A DNA stretch of 64,000 nt from Candidatus Multivoradales bacterium (GTDB taxonomy: Bacteria > Acidobacteriota > Thermoanaerobaculia > Multivoradales > J023), in the NCBI GenBank assembly GCA_965248925.1, contig CBDFLE010000006.1, positions 4,416,001 through 4,480,000 on the forward strand, read 5' to 3'. Positions within the stretch are counted from its first letter, which is position 1; every line of letters begins with the position of its first letter. Position numbers and translations under genes: made by a program. Below the pieces are notes generated by a model. That model made no database searches, was not told the origin of the DNA, and saw nothing but the letters and a program-made list of their open reading frames with translations. Positions 8,234 through 17,487 of this stretch are shown here, piece after piece.

Positions 8234-9775
8234 TTATTGGGCGAAGATATCTTCCACCGATACGATCTGCACTGCGTCGGCGGCAATCGCCAACGGGTAG
8301 GTGGAGATCTCCTCGTCTTCGCTCAGCACCTCGGCGGGCTTTGGCGCCGGATACTCGATCGGGCTGGGAGCGTCTGCTATCAGCGCCTTGCTCAGTCCCG
8401 TTGCCTCGCCGCTAACGATGGCGATCTGCAAGTTGGCGGTTTGCAGGTGTTGGCGCAAAGCCGCATTGACTTCTTCGCGAGTGATCTGACCCATCATCTG
8501 GCGGAACTTCGCCAGGTGCCCCTCTTCCTCGATACCGTAGAAACGGTCGTCGATGGCATAGCCCAACCGATTCTGAGTGGTTTCCGCGAAGTGCAGATGG
8601 TACTTGGTGAGGAAGGTGCGGGTCAGTTCGAATTGCTCTTCGCTGAGCCCTTGTTCGACCAGCAGATCGATTTCCCGCAAGGCCGCTCGCAGGGCGAATA
8701 TCGCGTTCCTATTTGGCAGAGTACGAATCCAGACTTCGAAAATCTGTTGCCGGCGGGCAACGTTCGTCGGCGGCATGTTGCGGAAGCCACCCCGAGGGAA
8801 GGCTTCGATGTAGGAATAGTCGCCGTAGTTCATCCCCCTTGCTTCGCGAATCACCTGGTAGAGGTGGCTGGCGGAGTTACGGTGCTCGCCGAGCCAAGAG
8901 TTGGCGATCCACAGGGCATAGTAGTCGCGCTCGCCGCGGTGTACGTCGATGGGGAAACCAAAGCTGATCGAGGCGTCCGCTCCTGGTTTGTCGACCAGCG
9001 TCACCCGCCGCCCGGAGGAGGTGACGACCTGAGGGCTGGGTACCGCCGCCGGGTTGCCTGGCGGTAGTTCTGCCACGGATCTTTCGAAGCGTTCGACCAG
9101 AGCCCCTTCGAAGCCGCCGCCCAAAGCGATCACCGCATTGTCACGGGTGTAGTAAGTGGCATAGAAGTGCTTGACATCGTCGAGGGTAATGGACGCCAGT
9201 CCAGCCTCGGTGCCGATACTGGGGTGGCGATATCGAGTGCCGACGAACACCTGCTCCAGCAGCGCCGCTTTGGCCAATTCCTCGTCCTGCGAATAGCGCA
9301 AGGACTTCTGTAGGAAGTTGAGCTGATTGCTCTTCAGGCGATCAAAATCTCTCTCCGAGAAGGCTGGATGTAGATAGGCGTCACTGTAGAGTTCGAGAAA
9401 GGCCTCCAGGTTGTCGCTGTGGGTGCGGCCACCGATGACGGTCATTTCCTTGTCTACGGAGGCGGCATAGCTTGAAGCCAGAGGATAGAGGGCTTCGAGA
9501 ATTTCCTCGTAGGACCTTACGCTGGTCGCCCCTGAGGAAAGCAAGTTGGCAGTGAGTTGAGCCAGGCCCTCCTTGCCCATTGGGTCGTCTTGTGAGCCGA
9601 CTTTGAACCAGATGCCGAAGCTCACCGTGGGGTCAGAGGCGACCGGCAACAGAATCCCGTTCGAGGGTTGGCTGGCGTCGTCGGTGCCTGCCGGTGAACA
9701 AGCGCTGATCAAGGCCAGAAGGGCGATCGATAGCATGGCTCTGAAACTAGAGATCGGAGAGCTGTGATGGGCCAT
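8234..9775 (-). CDS. M16 (insulinase-family) peptidase, non-catalytic subunit, lipoprotein
   Basis: GSQDDP.GKEGLAQLTANLL lacks HxxEH; C-terminal LYQVIREARGMNYG R/Y motif; lipobox ISAC. Confidence 0.85.
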   Translation of the reverse strand: MAHHSSPISSFRAMLSIALLALISACSPAGTDDASQPSNGILLPVASDPTVSFGIWFKVGSQDDPMGKEGLAQLTANLLSSGATSVRSYEEILEALYPLASSYAASVDKEMTVIGGRTHSDNLEAFLELYSDAYLHPAFSERDFDRLKSNQLNFLQKSLRYSQDEELAKAALLEQVFVGTRYRHPSIGTEAGLASITLDDVKHFYATYYTRDNAVIALGGGFEGALVERFERSVAELPPGNPAAVPSPQVVTSSGRRVTLVDKPGADASISFGFPIDVHRGERDYYALWIANSWLGEHRNSASHLYQVIREARGMNYGDYSYIEAFPRGGFRNMPPTNVARRQQIFEVWIRTLPNRNAIFALRAALREIDLLVEQGLSEEQFELTRTFLTKYHLHFAETTQNRLGYAIDDRFYGIEEEGHLAKFRQMMGQITREEVNAALRQHLQTANLQIAIVSGEATGLSKALIADAPSPIEYPAPKPAEVLSEDEEISTYPLAIAADAVQIVSVEDIFAQ

Positions 9776-9777
9776 GT

Positions 9778-11127
9778 TTAGCTATCTCCTTGTAGGGTGG
9801 CGACGGTGCGGTGCTCGGAAACCAAGATTTTCTGCGCCGCTTGTTGCAGATCCTCTGGGGTTAGCGACTCGAGAGTTTGGTAGAAGGTCTCGATCGAGTC
9901 GATGCTGCCGGCGGTAGCGATCATCCGGGCCAGGGAGCGATTCACTTTGGCCGGGGTGTCGAGGTTCATCAAGAACGAATAGCGCAAGCGGGATTTGAGA
10001 TCGGCCAGGCGGCCGGCGTCGGGAGGATTCAGCTGGGCTTTGCTGATCACCCGATCGATCTCTCGTTCAACATAGGCCAGTTTGGCCGGGTCCTTGACCC
10101 GAGCGATGATGTCCAGCAAGTCCGGGTCGCGGCTGATGTCGAGGCCGGCTTGGATGAACTCCACGGCTTGTTCTTCGAGCACCAACTTGTTGAAGATCTC
10201 GCTGGTTTCGCCGAATGCCAGGTCACAGTACAGCGAGGCGGCTACCCACGTGCGGTCACTGGGGTCGAAGGCTGGTGCTTTGTAGCCCATCCACAGCAGC
10301 GGCAGGGTGTTGCCCTCGTAGGTCACGTCGGTGCGGCGCTCGGCCTGCTGTTCGGGTTCTGGAGCAATTTCTGGCGCTCGATAACCGGGCTGCCAATCGC
10401 CATAGTGCTTCTTGATCAGCTGTCGGGTGCTCTCGATGTCGATGTCGCCACTGATCAGCAGCACGATGTTGTCGGGCCGGTAGTAACGCTCGAAGAATTG
10501 CCGCGAGTAGTCGTAAAGTTCTGGCATCAGTAGGATGTCGGCTTCGTAGCCGATCGTCAGGTGGCGGTAGGTGTGGTGGTTGAAAGCGGTCTTACGCAGC
10601 GACTCCACGATGGTGAAGAAGGGGCTGCTGCGGTTTTTCAGATACTCGCCATGGACCGCTCCCGCCTCGGTACGGAAGGCCGCCTTGGGATAGTCGAGAT
10701 TGAGGAAGCGGTCGCTCTCGATATCCACCACCAGCTCCAGATCCGCGTTGGTGATGCTCATGTTGTAGGCGGTCAGGTCGTTGCTGGTAAAGGCGTTGTT
10801 GTCGGCGCCGATTTCGGTGACCAGGTTGTTGTAGACATCTTGCGGGAAGCGCTCGGTGCCGCGGAACATCATGTGTTCAAAGAAGTGAGCGAAGCCGGTG
10901 CGGTTGGCCTCGTATTCGTCGCGCGAGCCGGTCTTGACGATTGACCAGTAGGAGACCAGGCCGTCACTCGGCATCGGCACCAGGATGACCTGCAGGCCGT
11001 TGTCGAGAGTTTCGACATGAGTTGGGTAGGGGAAGAAATCGTCTCCCGCCTGCACCGCGGTCGGCAACACGGTCAACAGCAGCGCTGTCAGCAGGGCGAG
11101 AGGGAGCAATGCAACGAGAATCTTCAA
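9778..11127 (-). CDS. M16 (insulinase-family) zinc peptidase, catalytic subunit
   Basis: GSRDE...GFAHFFEHMMFRGT, NAFTSNDLTAY; signal peptide; TTG start with AAGGAG. Confidence 0.92.
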   Translation of the reverse strand: MKILVALLPLALLTALLLTVLPTAVQAGDDFFPYPTHVETLDNGLQVILVPMPSDGLVSYWSIVKTGSRDEYEANRTGFAHFFEHMMFRGTERFPQDVYNNLVTEIGADNNAFTSNDLTAYNMSITNADLELVVDIESDRFLNLDYPKAAFRTEAGAVHGEYLKNRSSPFFTIVESLRKTAFNHHTYRHLTIGYEADILLMPELYDYSRQFFERYYRPDNIVLLISGDIDIESTRQLIKKHYGDWQPGYRAPEIAPEPEQQAERRTDVTYEGNTLPLLWMGYKAPAFDPSDRTWVAASLYCDLAFGETSEIFNKLVLEEQAVEFIQAGLDISRDPDLLDIIARVKDPAKLAYVEREIDRVISKAQLNPPDAGRLADLKSRLRYSFLMNLDTPAKVNRSLARMIATAGSIDSIETFYQTLESLTPEDLQQAAQKILVSEHRTVATLQGDS

Positions 11128-11317
11128 AGGGAATCTCCTTGAAATCGTACGGCTTCGAGGCCGTTGTCCGCCGGGTTCTTGGGTGCAGAGGATATCGCAG
11201 TAGCCGCACTCTCGGCTCTGGATGCTCTTCGACCCGCGATCCTGCCATTAGGGCTACGAGATCCGCAGGCTCAAGGTTCAGTGTTTGCTGTCCGCTCAGT
11301 GGTGGTTAGAATGCGCC

Positions 11318-11743
11318 ATGAGTAAGCAACAGGAGACCGTTTTCGACCAGGTTCTCGATGGCCGCATTCCCTGCTACAAGGTCTATGAGGACGAGCAGGT
11401 GCTGGCTTTTCTCGACATCCGCCCGTTGTCGTATGGCCACACGTTGGTGATTCCCAAACAGCGCTGCGCCTATTTGCACGACCTCGACGACTCGACTTCG
11501 GCGGCACTTGGCAGAGTCTTGCCAAGAATCGCCCGAGCGGTGCTAGCGGCCAGCGGAGCTAGGGCCTATAACGTGCTGCAAAACAACGGCGCGACCGCCG
11601 GTCAGGAGGTCATGCACGTGCATTTCCACATCATCCCGCGCCTGGGGGACAGCGGCCTGGGCATCGGCTGGTCAGCGGGCAAATTGCGAGCGGCCGCCGC
11701 CACTGCTTTGGTGGCCAAGATGCAAGCCGCGTTGAGTAGCTGA
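11318..11743 (+). CDS. HIT family nucleotide hydrolase
   Basis: AFLDIRP..GHTLVIPK, AGQEVMHVHFHIIPR histidine triad. Confidence 0.93.
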   Translation: MSKQQETVFDQVLDGRIPCYKVYEDEQVLAFLDIRPLSYGHTLVIPKQRCAYLHDLDDSTSAALGRVLPRIARAVLAASGARAYNVLQNNGATAGQEVMHVHFHIIPRLGDSGLGIGWSAGKLRAAAATALVAKMQAALSS

Positions 11744-11773
11744 GGGTCTGTGTTTCCCCGGTGGCGCGGACTC

Positions 11774-12796
11774 CTAGCCAGAAGGGCAGGTGTCGAAGGC
11801 GTCGGTGTCCTGGATCGGCTGGAAGGCAACGTCGATATCGTTGCGGTAGGTCTTGGTGGTACAGGTCTCGGTATCGACTACCCGCATGACCACGCCGACG
11901 TTGGTCAAACCACCGGCGAAGACCCAGAATTTGTTGAATGTACCGCTGCACGCATCGAGCACTTTGACCACCATCTCGACGTTGGTTCGGTTGAAGAACC
12001 AGAAATAGCCTGTGTCGTTGGTCAGCTCGACGGCCTTGCCGACTCCCACCCTGCCGTTCGCCCTCTCCCAGTCGACAGTGAGCTGGAAGCGGTCGTCGTT
12101 GAGGCAGAGGGTGTTCTCGTTCTCGACGCAGACGCCGGGAACGCAGACGCCGCCGGCAGCGGCTTGTTGGGCCGGAACCACCAAGGCTTGGGCCATGATG
12201 TCGTAACCTTTGGGGTTGGGGTGCAGGGGGTCCGAGTAGAGGATGTCGAAGAAATCGGGGATGTCGGCGAAGGTCTTGTGGACGTCCGCCAAGACGTAGC
12301 CATTGGCCTCGGCGTCGTCACGGAGGTTCTCCGCCAGCAAGATGTTGCGGCCGCGATTGCTGTCTTCCGGACCCCGCGGCAGCAGTGTGTTGGAGACCAA
12401 GCCGACGCCTGCTTCAGTGACCTTGGTGGCGATTTCGTTAAGATTGAAGCGAATCGACTCGACGCTGACATTGCCGTCGGAAATATCGTTGGTTCCTTCC
12501 ATCAGGATCAATACATCGCCGTTCTCAGCCAGCACTTCTTCGACTCTGGTCAGACCCTCCGGAGTGCGTTCGCCGCAGACCCCGCGGTTGATCACCTCGG
12601 CATTCAAGTCCTCAGAGCGCAGCAGGCTTTGAAGTTCTTCCGGGTAGCCGCCAAAAGAGCTGGTCGGGCACTCGACGTTGGTGTCGCCGAGGCCGACGGT
12701 AATGCTGTCGCCGAAGGCCAGGAAACGCAACGGCGTCTGGGCCAGCAGGGGAGTAGTAGTAAGCCAGAGAAGCAAGACAAGATGGGTGGTTTTCAT
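11774..12796 (-). CDS. Secreted SGNH/GDSL hydrolase with C-terminal Cys-containing accessory domain
   Basis: FGDSIT, NRGVCG, EGTND, DPLHPN catalytic blocks; then LCLNDDRF...GYFWFF...VKVLDAC...FWVFAGGLTNV. Confidence 0.88.
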   Translation of the reverse strand: MKTTHLVLLLWLTTTPLLAQTPLRFLAFGDSITVGLGDTNVECPTSSFGGYPEELQSLLRSEDLNAEVINRGVCGERTPEGLTRVEEVLAENGDVLILMEGTNDISDGNVSVESIRFNLNEIATKVTEAGVGLVSNTLLPRGPEDSNRGRNILLAENLRDDAEANGYVLADVHKTFADIPDFFDILYSDPLHPNPKGYDIMAQALVVPAQQAAAGGVCVPGVCVENENTLCLNDDRFQLTVDWERANGRVGVGKAVELTNDTGYFWFFNRTNVEMVVKVLDACSGTFNKFWVFAGGLTNVGVVMRVVDTETCTTKTYRNDIDVAFQPIQDTDAFDTCPSG

Positions 12797-12894
12797 CGCG
12801 TGGAGTCTCCGAGAGGGGGATCGCCGAGGGGTGCCCATTCTAGCCTATACTGCGCTCGCGGCCCAACCCTCTGGCCGTTCGAAGAGGAGCTGCG

Positions 12895-13371
12895 ATGAGC
12901 ACAGCGAGATCTTTGCAGGAGCGTTTTGCACCTAATAACGACTGTTTCGGCTGTGGCGTGGCCAACCCTCATGGGCTGCGGCTGAGCAGTTTTCCACGTC
13001 TCGAAGAGGGCGATGAGCTGGTCGCTCGCTGGACTCCTCTGGCGCATCACCGGGCCTTTGGCGCGGTGCTCAACGGCGGTATCTGCGGTGCCTTATTGGA
13101 TTGTCACAGCAATTGGGCAGCTGCCTGGCATTTGCTTCGCCAAGATCCGTCAGGGACTCTGCCGCCGACGGTGACCGCCGACTTCCACGTTCGTCTGAAA
13201 CGACCAACACCCCTCGGTCAAGAGTTACTGCTGCATGCCGTGGCGGTGGCTTCGGCGGCTGAGAAAGTGACAGTCGAAGCGACTATTGAGGCTGCTGGCA
13301 AAATCACCGCCACCTGCCTAGGTCATTTCATCGCTGTCCAGCCCGGTCATCCGGCCTACCACCGCTGGTGA
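12895..13371 (+). CDS. PaaI-family hotdog-fold thioesterase
   Basis: CFGCGVANPHGL, VLNGGICGALLD, VTADFHVRLKRPTP. Confidence 0.88.
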   Translation: MSTARSLQERFAPNNDCFGCGVANPHGLRLSSFPRLEEGDELVARWTPLAHHRAFGAVLNGGICGALLDCHSNWAAAWHLLRQDPSGTLPPTVTADFHVRLKRPTPLGQELLLHAVAVASAAEKVTVEATIEAAGKITATCLGHFIAVQPGHPAYHRW

Positions 13372-13474
13372 TTCGCAGAGCAGTCGGTGTCAGTGAGCGT
13401 CCGGTGATTGTCATCCTTGTGTCAGGACGAGCCATTGGAGCGTTTTGGGGTTCCCGACCGGGTGAGCTTTGGTC

Positions 13475-13511
13475 TATAGTTCGAACTCGTTAACCGAACG
13501 AACGGTCGGTT
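13475..13511 (+). promoter_or_regulatory. -10 box and palindromic operator upstream of HMG-CoA synthase
   Basis: TATAGT at 13475-13480, then AACCGAACG-AA-CGGTCGGTT (13492-13511), an inverted repeat with one mismatch. Confidence 0.55.
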
Positions 13512-13630
13512 GGTCTCAATAGGGACACATTCAACCAAGACCGGTTCAGTCATAGCGCGTTCAGGCAGGATGGATTCAGTCTAGACGCGTCCAGTCAAGA
13601 CAGTTCAGACGGTGACTAGGAGCGTAGACC

Positions 13631-14752
13631 ATGAGCATTCGCAGATCTGAACTGCCCCCGACCGGTATTGCCTCGATCGGTATTCAGCTGCCGCCGTTGG
13701 CGATGGAAGTCGCGGAGCTGGCTGATCTACGCGGTGTCGATCCTGGCAAGTACACCATCGGCCTGGGTTGTGGCGAAATGGCTCTGTGCCCGGCCGACCA
13801 CGGTGCTGTCGACCTGGCGGTGGGCGCTGCCGAACGTGCCCTGGCGCGCTGGGGTGGCCGGATCGAAGATATTGGCCTGTTGGCCCTGGGTACCGAGTCG
13901 GCGCTCGATATGAGTCGCCCGCTGAGCGCCTTCGTGGCCGATCGCCTGGGGCTGGCTGGCGCGGTGCGTTCCTACGAGGTCAAGCATGCTTGCTATGGCG
14001 GTACGTTGGCCCTGAAGCAGGCCGTGGAGTGGCGGCTATCGGGGGCGGCGGCGGGTAAGGCGGCCTTGGTGGTGGCGTCTGACGTGGCGCTCTACGCTCC
14101 CGAGGATCCTGGCGAGCCGACTCAAGGAGCCGGCGCCGTGGCGATGGTGATCGATCAACCGCTGGTGGCCTTGATCGAGCCCCGTTCATACGCTTGGAGC
14201 GAGCCGCAATTCGACTTTTGGCGTCCGGTGGGCGAGGAGTTTCCCCGTGTCGACGGGCCGTTGAGCCTCGATTGCTATTGCCGGGCCGCCGAGAAGTGTT
14301 TTGGCGCCTGGGTGGAGGAGGCTGGCATGGCGGCCGTGGACCAAGCGCGAGGGGTGTGCTTCCATGTGCCCTTCCCCAAGATGGTGCAGAAGGCGGTACG
14401 CCGACTCGGCGCTTCGTTCGGCTGGGACGAGCAGCGCACGGCGGAGTTCTTCGACCAGCGAGTGAACCCGACCATGGAGTGGAATCGGCGCTGCGGCAAC
14501 GCTTACACCGCCAGTCTGTGGATCGCGGTCGCCAATGCCTTGGTCGGGGCGCAGCCGGGAGAACGGGTGCTGGCGTTCTCTTATGGCTCTGGCTTTGGTT
14601 CCGAGCTGGTGCTACTCAGCGCTGGGCCGGAAGCGGCTCGGGCTCCTTGGGCGGTCGATGTGGCGGCCGATCTGGAGTCTCGCACCTTGATCGATGCTCA
14701 GCGCTACTGCCAACTCCGAGCGACCGAGTTGGTGGCCCCCGTGACCGTCTGA
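13631..14752 (+). CDS. mvaS: Hydroxymethylglutaryl-CoA synthase (bacterial type)
   Basis: GTES (Glu), EVKHACYGGT (Cys), GEPTQGAGAVAM, DFWRP, FHVPF (His), GNAYTAS, FSYGSG. Confidence 0.88.
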   Translation: MSIRRSELPPTGIASIGIQLPPLAMEVAELADLRGVDPGKYTIGLGCGEMALCPADHGAVDLAVGAAERALARWGGRIEDIGLLALGTESALDMSRPLSAFVADRLGLAGAVRSYEVKHACYGGTLALKQAVEWRLSGAAAGKAALVVASDVALYAPEDPGEPTQGAGAVAMVIDQPLVALIEPRSYAWSEPQFDFWRPVGEEFPRVDGPLSLDCYCRAAEKCFGAWVEEAGMAAVDQARGVCFHVPFPKMVQKAVRRLGASFGWDEQRTAEFFDQRVNPTMEWNRRCGNAYTASLWIAVANALVGAQPGERVLAFSYGSGFGSELVLLSAGPEAARAPWAVDVAADLESRTLIDAQRYCQLRATELVAPVTV

Positions 14753-14832
14753 AATCGCTCGGCGACGGCGCAACAGCATCCCCGAATCCGGGTAGTATCG
14801 CTCAGCCGGCTAGTCTGGTTGAGGAGGACCCG

Positions 14833-16221
14833 ATGACGCGAAATTTTTGTTCCCACCCGAGATTCCATCCTGAAATCTGGCTGGCCCTATGGCTGCTGCT
14901 GGCCATGGCTTGCGGTGTCTCGTCGCCAGCGCCGCCGCCGGGAGTAGATTCCTTGCCAGAGCTTGACCGAATCGCCGAAAGCTACGTCCGCCTGGTATTG
15001 GCTCTCGGTGAGCACGATGCGGGCTATGTCGACGCCTACTACGGCCCCGAGGAATGGCCGAGCGAGGTGGAGGAAGCTGGCCGCTCGTTGGCACAGATCA
15101 CCCGCGAGACTAGACAGCAACTGGCGGATCTCGCCGCCTTGCAGCTCGACGAAGCCGAGGAATTGGTTCAGCAGCGGCGGCGCTACCTGGCGCGGCAGCT
15201 TGAGTCGCTGATCTTTCGCGCCGATATGGTCGGTGGCGCGCAGCACGACTTCGACACCGAATCCCAGGCCCTTTACGACGGCCTTGCGCCGGTCTACGGC
15301 GCTGAGCACTTTGCCGCGGTGCTCACCGAGGTCGAGGTGGTGTTGGCCGAGGAAGGACTGGACACGGGGCCGTTGATCGACCGCATCGAGGCCTTCCGTT
15401 CCCGTTTCGTCATCCCCACCGAGCGCCTCGATGCCGTCTTCCGCGCCGCCATCGACGCCTGCCGCCAGCGCACCGCCGCTCAGCTGCCGCTGCCCGAGGG
15501 CGAGAGTTTCAAGATCGAGTACGTCAACGACAAGCCCTGGAGCGGTTACAACTGGTATCAAGGGAAGTTCTCCAGCCTGATTCAGGTCAATACGGATCTG
15601 CCGATCTACATCGATCGGGCGATCGACCTGGCTTGCCATGAGGGCTATCCTGGGCATCATCTCTACAACGCCATGCTGGAGCAGCACCTGGTCCGCCAGC
15701 GGGGTTGGGTAGAGCTGTCGATCTATCCCCTGTTCAGTCCCCAGTCGCTGATCGCCGAGGGCTCGGCCAACTACGGCATCGAGCTGGCTTTTCCGGGACA
15801 GGAGAGAGTCGAGTTCGAGGCTCGTGAGCTTTTTCCCCTGGCTGGTCTGGATGCAGACAAGGCCGCCGCCTACTACCGGGTACACGAGATGCTGGCGGGC
15901 TTGAAGCATGCTGACAACCAAGCAGCGCGTGGCTATCTCGACGGCACCATGGATCGTGAGCAGGCGATCCGCTGGTTGATGGATTATTCCGCCATGTCGC
16001 GGCCGCGGGCCGAGCAGCGGCTCAGCTTTGTCGATACCTACCGTAGCTACGTGATCAACTACAACGTTGGCTTGGAGGTGGTCCGGGCCTATGTCGAACA
16101 GCGCAGCGGTGGTGATCCGGCGGCGCGTTGGCAGGTTTTCGGCGAGCTATTGTCGTCGCCGCGATTGCCTTCCGACTTGCAGCTGACCGACGCGCCTGCG
16201 GCTGATCCCGGCCCGCGGTGA
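14833..16221 (+). CDS. DUF885-like putative metallopeptidase lipoprotein
   Basis: GAGGAGG RBS; lipobox AMAC; LACHEGYPGHH and downstream IAEGSANY. Confidence 0.7.
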   Translation: MTRNFCSHPRFHPEIWLALWLLLAMACGVSSPAPPPGVDSLPELDRIAESYVRLVLALGEHDAGYVDAYYGPEEWPSEVEEAGRSLAQITRETRQQLADLAALQLDEAEELVQQRRRYLARQLESLIFRADMVGGAQHDFDTESQALYDGLAPVYGAEHFAAVLTEVEVVLAEEGLDTGPLIDRIEAFRSRFVIPTERLDAVFRAAIDACRQRTAAQLPLPEGESFKIEYVNDKPWSGYNWYQGKFSSLIQVNTDLPIYIDRAIDLACHEGYPGHHLYNAMLEQHLVRQRGWVELSIYPLFSPQSLIAEGSANYGIELAFPGQERVEFEARELFPLAGLDADKAAAYYRVHEMLAGLKHADNQAARGYLDGTMDREQAIRWLMDYSAMSRPRAEQRLSFVDTYRSYVINYNVGLEVVRAYVEQRSGGDPAARWQVFGELLSSPRLPSDLQLTDAPAADPGPR

Positions 16222-17387
16222 GTCCTTCGGTGGAGGCTGGCGCGGCGACCTGGATTGAACTCTCGGCGTCGGCCTACGCCAGCAATTTGGCACTCTTTCG
16301 CCGCTTGCTGGGGCCCCGGATTGAGCTTGCGGTGGTGGTCAAGGCCAATGCCTATGGCCACGGCTTGACCGAAATCGCGGCCCTGGCGGCAGCCCACGGG
16401 GCCGACTCCTTCTGTGTCCACAGCATGGAAGAAGCGCTTGCCCTGCGCCGGAGTGGCTTCCACCAGGATGTGTTGGTAATGGGCCATGTGCCGCTGGTGC
16501 GCCTCGCCGAGGCGGTGGATGAAGGCTTCCGCCTGGTGCTCTACAACCAGTTATCGGTGGCCGCTTTGGGGAGGTTGAGCACCAGCCGGCAAGAGAGTTG
16601 TCGACTGCATTTGAAGTTGGAAACCGGCACCCACCGTCAGGGGGTCGAGGGCGATCAGCTGGTGGCGCTGATCGAGGAGTTGAAGCGCCATCCCAACCTG
16701 CGTCTTGAAGGGATCTACAGCCACTTCGCGACGGCCGAAGAGACCTCTCGCCCGAGTATCACCGAAGGGCAGATGCGGTGTTTCGAAGAGCAGCTCGAGC
16801 AGCTTCGCCAGGCTGGATTCGGCAACATGCACACCCACCTTGCCTGCTCGGCGGCGGTTCTTTTGGCGCCGCGGTCGCACCACCGGATGGTGCGTTTGGG
16901 AATCGGCCAATACGGCCTTTGGCCGTCGCCTCAGACCTACCGCTCTTTCCTCGCCGCCCATCCCGAAGAAGGCGAGCAAGCCTTGCGTCCGGTGCTGTGC
17001 TGGAAGACCCGGGTGAGCCAGGTCAAAGAAGTGCTGCGTGGCGCTCACGTCAGCTATGGCTGGACCTACCAGGTGACTCGCCGGAGCAGGCTGGCGGTGC
17101 TGCCGATCGGCTACTCCGATGGTTTTGATCGCGGCCTTTCGAACCAGGGCTGGGTGTTGATCCGCGGTCGGCGAGCAGCGGTGCGCGGTCGCATCTGCAT
17201 GAACTTGACGATGGTCGACGTGACCGATATTCCGGGCGTTGAAGTCGAAGACGAAGTGGTGCTGATCGGTCGCCAAGGAGAGCGAGAGATCACCGCCTGG
17301 GATCAGGCTGTCTTGCTCGGCACTATCGCCTACGAAGTAGTGGCGCGAATCCGGGCGGGTATTCCCCGTTGGGTGACCGACTGCTGA
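16218..17387 (+). CDS. alr: Alanine racemase
   Basis: AVVVKANAYGHG PLP lysine; HLKLETG, IYSHFA, VRLGIGQYG, PIGYSDG, GRICMN, GTIAYEV. Confidence 0.95.
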   Translation: MSPSVEAGAATWIELSASAYASNLALFRRLLGPRIELAVVVKANAYGHGLTEIAALAAAHGADSFCVHSMEEALALRRSGFHQDVLVMGHVPLVRLAEAVDEGFRLVLYNQLSVAALGRLSTSRQESCRLHLKLETGTHRQGVEGDQLVALIEELKRHPNLRLEGIYSHFATAEETSRPSITEGQMRCFEEQLEQLRQAGFGNMHTHLACSAAVLLAPRSHHRMVRLGIGQYGLWPSPQTYRSFLAAHPEEGEQALRPVLCWKTRVSQVKEVLRGAHVSYGWTYQVTRRSRLAVLPIGYSDGFDRGLSNQGWVLIRGRRAAVRGRICMNLTMVDVTDIPGVEVEDEVVLIGRQGEREITAWDQAVLLGTIAYEVVARIRAGIPRWVTDC

Positions 17388-17487
17388 GCGGTGGACGAAT
17401 AGCCTTGGATCTGGGGCCGTAGTTAGATCATCAGCGGCCGGAGTGAATCTGCTGCTGGATTTCACCCCTTTCCATAAGGAGTTGCAG

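Noticed and set aside
11750-12898. Long antisense ORFs (also 8159-9067, 14887-15921, 16551-17690, 29491-30528, 45771-46724)
   Set aside because: They mirror well-supported genes on the opposite strand, as expected at high GC, and show no motifs.
13631-14752. HMGS as a polyketide beta-branching cassette enzyme
   Set aside because: No ACP, KS or enoyl-CoA hydratase neighbours; motifs fit MvaS-type enzymes.
14194-14832. N-terminal extension making a 675-aa ORF
   Set aside because: Overlaps mvaS out of frame; a strong RBS and lipoprotein signal begin at 14833.
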